A DNA stretch of 24,154 nt. It comes from Myxococcota bacterium (lineage in GTDB: Bacteria; Myxococcota; SpSt-1050). Within the stretch, counting starts at the first letter, position 1, and each line of letters starts with the position of its first letter. Below are positions 1 to 7,545 of the stretch, piece by piece. The notes beneath the pieces were generated by a model. The model searched no databases. It was not told the DNA's origin and saw only the letters and a list, made by a program, of their open reading frames with translations. The stretch lies in assembly GCA_049969675.1 (NCBI GenBank), contig JBMFOP010000050.1:1-24154 (forward strand), read 5' to 3'. The position numbers were made by a program, and so were the translations under genes.

Positions 1-142
1 TTCAGAGAAGAGGCGGAACATAGTAAAATCTGAGGTGATAAAACTGAGGAGCCGCACATCTAAGGGTAAGAAATAGATTTTTATTTTATTCCACCACGAA
101 TTAAGGTTGGCGATATTTACAAAACGACGCAGACCCCCGCAA

Positions 143-155
143 ATACAACAAGTTA
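143..155 (+). other. Second attI-like motif (ATACAACAAGTTA), inverted relative to the site at 504-538
   Basis: Matches the minus-strand ATACAAACAAGTTA at 507-520 except for one A. It lies immediately after the stop codon of the 156-365 pseudogene. Confidence 0.45.
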
Positions 156-365
156 TCACCCCAATCCTTTGCGAATAGAATAAAAAGTCTTGCCAGGATA
201 TTTCTTTTATGCCTCATTGAGTGCTTCCGTTAATGTTCTACCTAAAAAATATTCGCCTGTTTCTGGTTCTATTACACCTTTTTTCTCTCTAAGCGAATGA
301 ATCTTTGCTAAGGTTCTTTTGAGGGTTTTTTAGCCTCTGGTATTTTTATTTTTCATCACCTTCAT
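156..365 (-). pseudogene. Decayed small cassette-type gene (resembles small DUF5678-like proteins)
   Basis: Manual translation from ATG 365: MKVMKNKNTRG*KTLKRTLAKIHSLREKKGVIEPETGEYFLGRTLTEALNEA*KKYPGKTFYSIRKGLG*. In-frame TAA at 330-332 and 207-209. The IEPETGEYFLG..L.EAL..A.KKYP...FY.IR pattern recalls DUF5678-type proteins (family call from memory). Confidence 0.55.
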
Positions 366-366
366 T

Positions 367-480
367 TTAGTTAAGTTGTGCCATTTCCGATAACGTTTTC
401 AGCATATACGACGTTATCGAAGGTAATGTCCAGAAGGGCAAGGGCAATAGCCCAATAGGGAATTTTAGTAAGCGCCACAT
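367..480 (-). pseudogene. Truncated first-cassette ORF (37 aa) running into the attC-like remnant
   Basis: Strong SD AGGAGG (487-492) and ATG 480 directly after GTTAGGC. Translation MWRLLKFPIGLLPLPFWTLPSITSYMLKTLSEMAQLN*. Most of the ORF overlaps repeat or hairpin sequence, suggesting an internal deletion. Confidence 0.35.
381..429 (-). other. attC-like remnant (3' part), ending ...GAAAACGTTATCGGAAATG
   Basis: 9-bp inverted repeat CGATAACGT (388-396)/ACGTTATCG (411-419). Overlapping C-GAA-G hairpin ACGTTATC-GAA-GGTAATGT (411-429). The GTT crossover-like triplet lies about 30 bp upstream of the next cassette ATG. Confidence 0.5.
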
Positions 481-503
481 CTATTACCTCCTAATTTTGT
501 TTC

Positions 504-538
504 GCCTAACTTGTTTGTATCCGAATATGTTTCGGATA
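504..538 (-). other. attI-like recombination site downstream of the integrase
   Basis: Perfect 8-bp inverted repeat TATCCGAA (518-525)/TTCGGATA (531-538), followed on the minus strand by CAAACAA-GTTAGGC (GTTRRRY core, 504-510), then SD and ATG. Confidence 0.55.
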
Positions 539-1274
539 TATCCCTAATTTTGGGGTGATAGCCGAAGCACTTCTGATATCCCGACTCTGGCGGAAGGCCA
601 GCGAGTCCATTTCTTTTGAGACTTTTTGTCATTTATCCTCCACTTTTGTCAAGGTTCAAATTGTCTAAGGGACTTCTTATCTTTCCAATACTTTTGGTGC
701 TCACATGCGTATAAATTTCTGTTGTTTTACTGCTTTTATGCCCAAGTATTTCTTGAATATATCTTAAACCAACTCCACTTTCTAAAAGATGGGTTGCAAA
801 ACTATGTCTTAGACTGTGAACCGATACATCTTTAGTAACATTTGCTTTCTCTTTCGCTTGTTCAAATATTGCCTGCACCGTTCTTGTTGAAATATATCTT
901 CCATCTCTCGCACCCTCAAAAAGCCATCCCCTTGGCTTATATTCATTCCAATATCTTCTCAAAACATTCAAAGCTCTCTCTCTGACAAGAGTGTATATCT
1001 ATCCTTTCTTCCCTTTACATCTTTAATATGGATAAGCATTCTTTTGTCATCAATATCTTCTGATCTCAATTTTACTACTTCACCAACCCTTAACCCAGCA
1101 GAATAAACTAGCATCAGGATTGCTTAATGCTTTAGATTATCCACTGAATTAAGAATTTTTGCAACCTCCTCCAGACTTAAAACAACAGGTAGTTTTTTAT
1201 CTTTTCAGGGTCTTTTGACCTCATAGACAAAATTTTTTTTTAAGCATTGTGCCATAATAAAACTTCGGGGCATT

Positions 1275-1358
1275 TACCCCGTTAGAGATCAATGCACACT
1301 CATGATTATGCCTTCCAGATTCGGCATATTTAAGTTTATTAAGATTTCTAATGGGGTG
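1275..1358. mobile_element. 84-bp MITE-like insertion with terminal inverted repeats, in frame within the integrase
   Basis: ACCCCGTTAGAGAT (1276-1289) and ATTTCTAATGGGGT (1344-1357) are 12/14 inverted repeats. The insert adds 28 aa (HPIRN...SNGV) that split the conserved STLNQxI-NAxKFYY helix. Confidence 0.75.
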
Positions 1359-1773
1359 AATTACCTGATTTAATGTAGAAGTAGCAGATTGTTTTTCTTT
1401 GGCAAGGTAAACCAGGTAGTTCTTTATGTCGTTATCATTTATATCATTGGGGGATTTGCCTCTAAAATTTAGAAGGTCTCTGTTGTAATAGATGTAGCCT
1501 TTGATTGTCCTATAACTGTATTTTCTTGAGAGGATCTCTCTTTTCAGGTCGTCTAAGGGTGTTGCAGATAATTTTTTATCAGAGAATCCCTCATAGCCCA
1601 TCTTTGCCAGAGAAGGGTCTTCCTGAGATTGCTTCGGCCCTTTGATATGCCCAGGATACCTTTTAATGACAGAGGTAGAGGTTTTAACTTGAAGTGCTGG
1701 GTCTATGTGAATTTGTTCGCCATCAAAGGCTTTTAGAATCTTTTCAGGTGTGCCGTTAGTGTCTGAAAAACTC

Positions 1774-1803
1774 CCCGCCTGCAAAGGCGAAGCGGCGGGC
1801 AGG
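1774..1803. repeat. 30-bp GC-rich REP-like palindrome inserted in frame in the integrase
   Basis: CCCGCCTGCAAAGGCGAAGCGGCGGGCAGG, with arms matching 7/9. It is a GC island in AT-rich DNA. Removing 30 nt restores KYWSFS. Confidence 0.65.
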
Positions 1804-1999
1804 TAGTATTTCCCTTCTGAATGCCAGCGTTTTCCTTTGATACTTTTTCTCCTTTCCACAAGTTGAGGATTATATGGAAATATAACTTTGATAAACCTAT
1901 TTCCCTTTCTAACCTGAATCATTTCGTTAATCACAGGTTTAGTTTAATTATATTATTCTTTCAAAATCAAGCAAAATATTCTGGCATAGTATTTCCACC

Positions 2000-2029
2000 C
2001 CTGTCTGTGCCGAGGCTCCGACATGCAGG
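2000..2029. repeat. Second degenerate 30-bp CCTG...CAGG REP-like palindrome
   Basis: CCTGTCTGTGCCGAGGCTCCGACATGCAGG, with arms matching 7/9. Same length and similar ends as 1774-1803. Confidence 0.5.
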
Positions 2030-2350
2030 TAAAAGAAACCCAGCACTTATTTTCACTGCTAAATGAAAATTTGGTGTGTCAATCGCAGGAGGTTTGTTTC
2101 ACCAACTGCAAAGTGGTTGGCTCTGCCAATTAGAATTTTTCTACGAAAACTAATGGATTGTCAAAAGATAATGCATTCACCTCTTATAGATGGATGTCCA
2201 ATTGGACGGGATATCTATTTGTAGGAAGCCACCTTCTGTGTTTTTGTTTGATAAAATAGTTTCAACTTACAGAGGCTTCCATATTAAAAAAATCTATTTT
2301 TACAGATGTATTTATACTTTTTTTACTTGAAAATAGTTTTTATCTATATT

Positions 2351-2406
2351 AAAAGTCAGACCCCTGATACTTGTTAAGAAAAGTCAGACTCCTGATACTT
2401 GTTAAG
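2351..2406 (+). repeat. 28-bp tandem duplication upstream of the DedA-family gene
   Basis: AAAAGTCAGACCCCTGATACTTGTTAAG (2351-2378) and AAAAGTCAGACTCCTGATACTTGTTAAG (2379-2406), one mismatch. Confidence 0.95.
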
Positions 2407-2415
2407 AGAGGTATT

Positions 2416-3057
2416 ATGTCCGATTCAACTAATGTAGATGTTATGAGCTGGTATAGATTGCCTTTTTATTATATGAAAAGGCTTTATGATTGGGTATTAC
2501 ACTGGGCAGAGACCCCCTATGGTGCACCAGCGCTATTTCTGATTGCATTTGCAGAATCCTCCTTCTTCCCTATACCACCAGATGTACTCCTGATCGCCCT
2601 CTGTCTGGGACTTAGAGGCAGGTCATTCTGGTTTGCCCTTATCTGCACCATTGGCTCTATTGCCGGTGCATTTCTTGGATATTACATTGGATATGCATTA
2701 TGGGAGGAATTAAATCTCAAGGCATTCTTCTTTAAATATATCTTCTCAGAGGAGGTCTTTAATATTGTTGTAAAGAAATATCAGGATAATGCCACACTGG
2801 CAGTATTTACAGCGGCATTTACTCCAATCCCCTACAAGGTCTTTACAATAGCAGGCGGAGTCTGTAAGATCTCTTTGCTCTCACTCTTCCTGGGCTCACT
2901 TGCCGGAAGGGCAGGTAGATTCTTTCTTGTAGCAGGATTGATATATATCTTTGGTCCACCAATTAAGAAGTTTATTGATAAATACTTTGACCTCCTTGCT
3001 ATCCTCTTTACCATCCTTCTGATTGGTGGCTTTATAGTAATCAAGAAATTTATGTAA
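2416..3057 (+). CDS. YqaA/DedA (VTT domain) family membrane protein
   Basis: FAESSFFPIPPDVLL, FTPIPYKVFTI and GRAGRFF motifs with hydrophobic segments. ATG 2416 follows GAGAGG and is preferred over the TTG at 2371, which lies inside the tandem repeat. Confidence 0.9.
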   Translation: MSDSTNVDVMSWYRLPFYYMKRLYDWVLHWAETPYGAPALFLIAFAESSFFPIPPDVLLIALCLGLRGRSFWFALICTIGSIAGAFLGYYIGYALWEELNLKAFFFKYIFSEEVFNIVVKKYQDNATLAVFTAAFTPIPYKVFTIAGGVCKISLLSLFLGSLAGRAGRFFLVAGLIYIFGPPIKKFIDKYFDLLAILFTILLIGGFIVIKKFM

Positions 3058-3543
3058 ACTCAAATCTGTCCAAAATAATTCTTTCTGGATAAGAAAAGTC
3101 CGATAGGATAAGATTATTTTGTCAATCAAAAACTCTGAAAGCTGGACTCCTATGAGTAAGTATAGTCTGCATCTCTGAACAAATCTATGATTGGAGTAAG
3201 CAAATTTTAATTGGAATAAGAAGACCTCTGGTTGGCGAAGCAAATTCTACAGATATTTTCTAAGAGTATATTGTATAAGGCAAAGGGAGGGGAAGAGAGA
3301 GTAATAGAGGGATTTATCTCTTAAAGGTAATTCGTAGCCGTGTTATCCTGTCAATTTGGACTCATTGTTTTACAAATGGTTAAATTCTCAACTCAGATTA
3401 TTTTAACAGCAGTTCAGTTAGATAATCTCTCACTTTTTACCTTCTGTTTTCTATTTCTGTGAACTATGGATTATCAATCTTTAATTAAAAAAGGTACTTG
3501 CAAAATTTGATAATATTGCGTATTGATAGTTCAGGAGTTTTTT

Positions 3544-4632
3544 ATGGGTTTTAAGTGTGGTATCGTTGGTCTTCCCAATGTGGGGAAGTCCACTCTCTTT
3601 AATGCCCTTACAAATGGGAATGTCCCATCAGAGAACTACCCATTCTGTACGGTTGAACCGAATGTGGGGATTGTAACTGTCCCTGATGAGCGTCTTAAGA
3701 GTATTGTAAAGATAGTAAAACCGGAGAAGATAACCTACAACATACTTGAGTTTGTAGATATTGCTGGACTTGTAAAAGGGGCATCTAAGGGAGAGGGACT
3801 CGGGAATAAATTTCTCTCACATATCAGGGAGGTAGATGCCATCTGCCACATTGTGCGTGGATTTGAGGATGACAGGATAGTCAATGTCAATACAGATGTC
3901 AATCCAGTGCGCGATGCTGAGATTATAAATACAGAGTTAATCCTTACAGACCTTGAAACGGTCTCCCGCAAGATTGAAAAGATAAAGAATGCAGCGAAGA
4001 GCGGGGAGAAAGGTGCGGTATCCGAGATGGAGATGCTGAGGGAGATTGAGAATGTTTTGAATGAAGGGCGGCTCCTCTCAAACTCAAATCTCAAAAAAGA
4101 GATAAAGGATTATGCGAGAAATTCATTTCTTCTAACCATAAAACCTATGTTCTATGTCCTTAATATATCTGATAGGTCACAAAATCAGTCTATCCTCTCC
4201 TCATTTGAATCATTTGTAAATAGAGAAGGTTTCAGATATATAAAGATCGCCTGCAAATTTGAATCTGACCTTATGGAGTTTGAGGAGAGGGAGAGAATTC
4301 AGATGCTCAAAGAGGCCGGCTTTGAGGAGAGCGCTCTATCAAAGATTATAAAAACCGGCTATGATATATTAAATCTTCTGACATTTTATACCATCGTTGG
4401 AACAGAGACGAGGGCATGGTCAATTAAGGCGGGTAGCAGGATAATTGATGCCGCTGCTAAAATCCATACAGATATGGCAAAGGGATTTATTAAAGGGGAG
4501 GTAATCCATTATTACGATTTTATGGATTGTAAAGGGGAGGAAGGTGCAATAAAGAAAGGGAGATTGCTAATAGTTGGAAGGGACTATGTAATTCAGGATG
4601 GTGATATAATAAAGATAAGATTTAATGTATAG
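3544..4632 (+). CDS. ychF: Redox-regulated ATPase YchF (Obg family)
   Basis: GIVGLPNVGKST, NYPFCT, VDIAGLVKGASKGEGLGNKFL and a C-terminal TGS-like IHTD...YVIQDGD. ATG 3544 follows CAGGAG. Confidence 0.97.
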   Translation: MGFKCGIVGLPNVGKSTLFNALTNGNVPSENYPFCTVEPNVGIVTVPDERLKSIVKIVKPEKITYNILEFVDIAGLVKGASKGEGLGNKFLSHIREVDAICHIVRGFEDDRIVNVNTDVNPVRDAEIINTELILTDLETVSRKIEKIKNAAKSGEKGAVSEMEMLREIENVLNEGRLLSNSNLKKEIKDYARNSFLLTIKPMFYVLNISDRSQNQSILSSFESFVNREGFRYIKIACKFESDLMEFEERERIQMLKEAGFEESALSKIIKTGYDILNLLTFYTIVGTETRAWSIKAGSRIIDAAAKIHTDMAKGFIKGEVIHYYDFMDCKGEEGAIKKGRLLIVGRDYVIQDGDIIKIRFNV

Positions 4633-4641
4633 AGGTACACA

Positions 4642-5349
4642 ATGAGAATTGATTCAAGGGCAAATGATGAGATCAGAAAGATAGAGATTCATACAGATGT
4701 AAATAAATACGCTGAAGGCTCTGTTATAATCTCATTTGGAGACACAAAAGTACTTATTACCGTCTCTCTTGAGGAGAAACTTCCCCAGTGGCTAAATGGA
4801 AAGGAGATGGGATGGATAACTGCTGAATACAATATGCTCCCGAGGGCAAATCAGAGAAGAACACCAAGGGATTCAATCCTGAAATCCGGCAGAACTTATG
4901 AGATTCAAAGATTGATTGGCAGGTCTATCCGCGCTGTTGCAGACCTGACTGTATTAAAGGACAAATCAATAATAATTGATTGCGATGTCCTTCAGGCAGA
5001 TGGGGGAACCAGAACCTGTTCTATCACCGGAGCTTACATTGCCATTCAGAATGCCCTCAAACGTCTTTATAATATGGGTGTAATCAACAGGATGCCACTA
5101 AAGGAGCCGGTAGCGGCTGTCTCTGCTGGTATTGTGAAGGGTGAGATGCTTCTGGATTTGAATTATTTCGAAGATTCAAATGCCGAGCTGGATATGAATC
5201 TTGTAATGACAGAGAGCGGCAGGATTGTGGAGATTCAATCTACCTCCGAACAGAGGCCAATTTCAAAGGATGAGCTGGATAACCTCTTTTTGCTTGCTCA
5301 AAAAGGGATTATGGATATAATAAAGGTCCAGAAGACTTTTTTTATTTAG
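4642..5349 (+). CDS. rph: Ribonuclease PH
   Basis: GWITAEYNMLPRA, GRTYEIQRLIGRS, DCDVLQADGGTRT and LLDLNYFEDS. Confidence 0.97.
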   Translation: MRIDSRANDEIRKIEIHTDVNKYAEGSVIISFGDTKVLITVSLEEKLPQWLNGKEMGWITAEYNMLPRANQRRTPRDSILKSGRTYEIQRLIGRSIRAVADLTVLKDKSIIIDCDVLQADGGTRTCSITGAYIAIQNALKRLYNMGVINRMPLKEPVAAVSAGIVKGEMLLDLNYFEDSNAELDMNLVMTESGRIVEIQSTSEQRPISKDELDNLFLLAQKGIMDIIKVQKTFFI

Positions 5350-5356
5350 AGAAATT

Positions 5357-7420
5357 ATGGATTATTCAAACAGGCGAAAAGATGAGAGAGTAAAATACCC
5401 ACTTTTAATAAGATTTGCCAGTGAAGAAGGCGGAACGAGGAAGGACTTTGCTGTCAATCTATCAAAGGGCGGATGCTTTGTTCATACCCATACACCACCT
5501 GAAGTAGGTAAGACTGTTATATTTGATATACTCAGGAACAATGGGGAGGTGCTCTTTTCTGGCGAGGGTGTCGTGGTATGGAGGAAGACAGAGAAGGATG
5601 ATTCAAAGGAGCACGGCTGTGGTATAAAATTTACAAGGCTCACACCGGATGCCGCGAAGATTGTAGAAGATATAGTAGCACAGGAGATTGAAAAGGGTGG
5701 CGCTATCAAGGAATTCAAAGACGGAAAAGAGATTGAACCAAAGGCCCCAAAGGATATCGGAATAAAAAAATCACGCAAGGTAATAGGAATTGATCTGGGC
5801 ACAACCTTCTCATGTGTCTCCACTGTAATAAACAATAAGGCGATAGTAATTCCATCAAGGCAGGGATACAGGACAGTGCCATCAATAGTGGCAATCAACG
5901 ATAAAGGTAAGTTGCTGGTAGGGAATCCAGCCCGTGAGCAGTTGCTCATTAATCCCAAGAATACTGTATATGGTGCAAAGAGATTAATTGGGAGAAAATA
6001 CAGGTCAAAGATAGTGCAGGAAATAAAGAGCAGATTTGCTTATGAGATTCTGGAAGGGGACAACGAAAATTGTGTAGTAAAAATTGCGGATACCATATTT
6101 ACGCTTGAGGAGATATCATCTTTTATACTCAAAGAGTTGAAGGAGATTGCTGAGACATTTTTTGGGGAAGAGGTTTATCGTGCGGTGGTCACAGTTCCCG
6201 CATATTACAACGAATCTCAAAGACAGGCGGTAAAAGAGGCTGGAAGACTTGCAGGGCTTGAGGTAGAAAGGATACTCAATGAACCGACTGCCGCCGCCAT
6301 TGCATTTGGCTTTTTCAAGGGTATGAAGAAACGGGTGATGGTATATGACCTCGGTGGTGGCACCTTTGATGTCTCAATAATGGATATTCACGATAATGTA
6401 TTTGAGGTCCTCTCTACAGGTGGTGATACATTTCTGGGTGGAGTTGATTTTGACAACAGAATTGTTTCATACATTGTAGAAGAGTTCAAAAAGCAATACG
6501 ATGTTGACCTCTCAGGTGATATAGTGGTTATGCAGAGATTACTATTTGCCGCTGAAAATGCAAAGATAGAGCTTTCAAGTGTACAGGAGAAGGAGATTCA
6601 TATCCCATTTGTCTCACTTATCAATGGAAAGGCAGTTGACATCAGACAGCGGTTGACGAGACAGAAGGTAGAGGAGCTCACCTCTGACCTCGTAGATAGA
6701 ACGATCATCGTCTGTGAAGAGGTCCTGAATGCAAAAAACATAGATATCAGAAGCCTGGATGAGATACTGCTGGTAGGTGGACAGAGCAGGATGCCACTTG
6801 TCAGGAAGAAGATTGTGGAATATCTGCATAAAGAGCCGCATAAAGGGGTGCACCCGGATGAGGCGGTGGGGATTGGGGCGGCAATGCTTGCTGATTCAAT
6901 TCTTAGAAATGAGAATGTCCTGCTAATTGATGTGCTTCCAATGTCAGTTGGAATCTCTCTTGATGGAAAGAAATATCTAAAAGTAATTCCTCGCAACTCC
7001 CAGCTCCCAACAGAGAGGTCAATCACACTTCTCAATCAGAGAGATTTCCAGTCCGAGATGAATCTTGCAATCTATCAGGGTGAATCACCATTTATAGAGG
7101 CAAATGAAATAGTAGGTGAACTATCAATTAAAGACCTCCCGAGGGCACCCAAAGGGAATGTAAGGATTAATGTAAAATTCTCTGTAGACCCTGAATCAAT
7201 CTTCAAGATACAGGCAATTGATTTGAAGAGCGGACAGAGACTCCCTGTCAGCTTTATAAATTATACCAACAGACCGGATCTCATTAAGGTAAAAGTCCCT
7301 GAGACTCAACAAGGTACCTCACCGATAAATATAACCAATGAGATAAATAATCAGAAATCCGGTCTATCACAGAAAAGAGGATTTTGGGGGTGGTTAAAAG
7401 GGCTCTTATCAAAATCCTGA
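5357..7420 (+). CDS. PilZ (TIGR02266-type) domain fused to an Hsp70/DnaK-like chaperone
   Basis: N-terminal RKDER (RxxxR) and NLSKGG (NxSxxG). Hsp70 motifs GIDLGTT, TVPAY, NEPTAAA, YDLGGGTFDVS, LVGGQSRMP and PDEAV, linker VLLIDV, then a beta substrate-binding domain. No helical lid. Confidence 0.93.
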   Translation: MDYSNRRKDERVKYPLLIRFASEEGGTRKDFAVNLSKGGCFVHTHTPPEVGKTVIFDILRNNGEVLFSGEGVVVWRKTEKDDSKEHGCGIKFTRLTPDAAKIVEDIVAQEIEKGGAIKEFKDGKEIEPKAPKDIGIKKSRKVIGIDLGTTFSCVSTVINNKAIVIPSRQGYRTVPSIVAINDKGKLLVGNPAREQLLINPKNTVYGAKRLIGRKYRSKIVQEIKSRFAYEILEGDNENCVVKIADTIFTLEEISSFILKELKEIAETFFGEEVYRAVVTVPAYYNESQRQAVKEAGRLAGLEVERILNEPTAAAIAFGFFKGMKKRVMVYDLGGGTFDVSIMDIHDNVFEVLSTGGDTFLGGVDFDNRIVSYIVEEFKKQYDVDLSGDIVVMQRLLFAAENAKIELSSVQEKEIHIPFVSLINGKAVDIRQRLTRQKVEELTSDLVDRTIIVCEEVLNAKNIDIRSLDEILLVGGQSRMPLVRKKIVEYLHKEPHKGVHPDEAVGIGAAMLADSILRNENVLLIDVLPMSVGISLDGKKYLKVIPRNSQLPTERSITLLNQRDFQSEMNLAIYQGESPFIEANEIVGELSIKDLPRAPKGNVRINVKFSVDPESIFKIQAIDLKSGQRLPVSFINYTNRPDLIKVKVPETQQGTSPINITNEINNQKSGLSQKRGFWGWLKGLLSKS

Positions 7421-7545
7421 TTGGATGTAGGTCAAACCAGAGTCAGTAAAATCTTCTGCTTAAATTTTTATTGAAGTTGCAATTAGAAAATCCTGATTAA
7501 ATTCTCTGAATAATTCTGGTGAAAATGTCTATAAAAACTTCCATT

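Larger units (their letters stand above)
633..1934 (-). pseudogene. Tyrosine recombinase/integrase (integron-integrase-related, SAM-like N-domain plus HARP-like N-terminal extension), disrupted
   Basis: Three fragments join into one protein. (1) ORF 1221-1934 (...RKYSYRTIKGY...STLNQ...KFYYG). (2) Middle frame VYEVKRP*KDKKLPVVLSLEEV...KH*AILMLVYSAGLRVGE...[11 protein letters not shown]. (3) ORF 633-971 with [16 protein letters not shown] and TTEIYTHV. Frameshifts at about 1229-1241 (A/T runs) and 974-983 ((CT)5), stops at 1205-1207 and 1124-1126. Likely start ATG 1922. Confidence 0.92.

Noticed and set aside
1..33. Possible 3' end of a + strand gene (FREEAEHSKI*)
   Set aside because: Only 10 codons are visible, which cannot be distinguished from chance.
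626..835. 69-aa + strand ORF
   Set aside because: Antisense shadow of the integrase C-terminus.
633..1934. Programmed frameshifting or phase variation of the integrase at the A/T run and (CT)5
   Set aside because: Two additional in-frame stops and disruptive insertions indicate plain pseudogenisation.
1821..2066. 81-aa + strand ORF
   Set aside because: Overlaps the integrase antisense and a palindromic repeat, with no SD or recognisable motif.
2351..2406. CRISPR-like repeat
   Set aside because: Two directly adjacent copies with no spacer, and no cas genes.
2832..3243. Minus-strand ORFs 2832-3044 and 2896-3243
   Set aside because: Antisense to the DedA gene, with no coding features.
3058..3543. 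Long intergenic region as possible ncRNA or riboswitch
   Set aside because: No recognisable motif, strong stem-loop or decayed ORF found by eye. An Rfam scan would be needed.
5357..7420. Calling this gene dnaK
   Set aside because: The PilZ fusion, missing lid and absence of grpE/dnaJ indicate a specialised paralogue.
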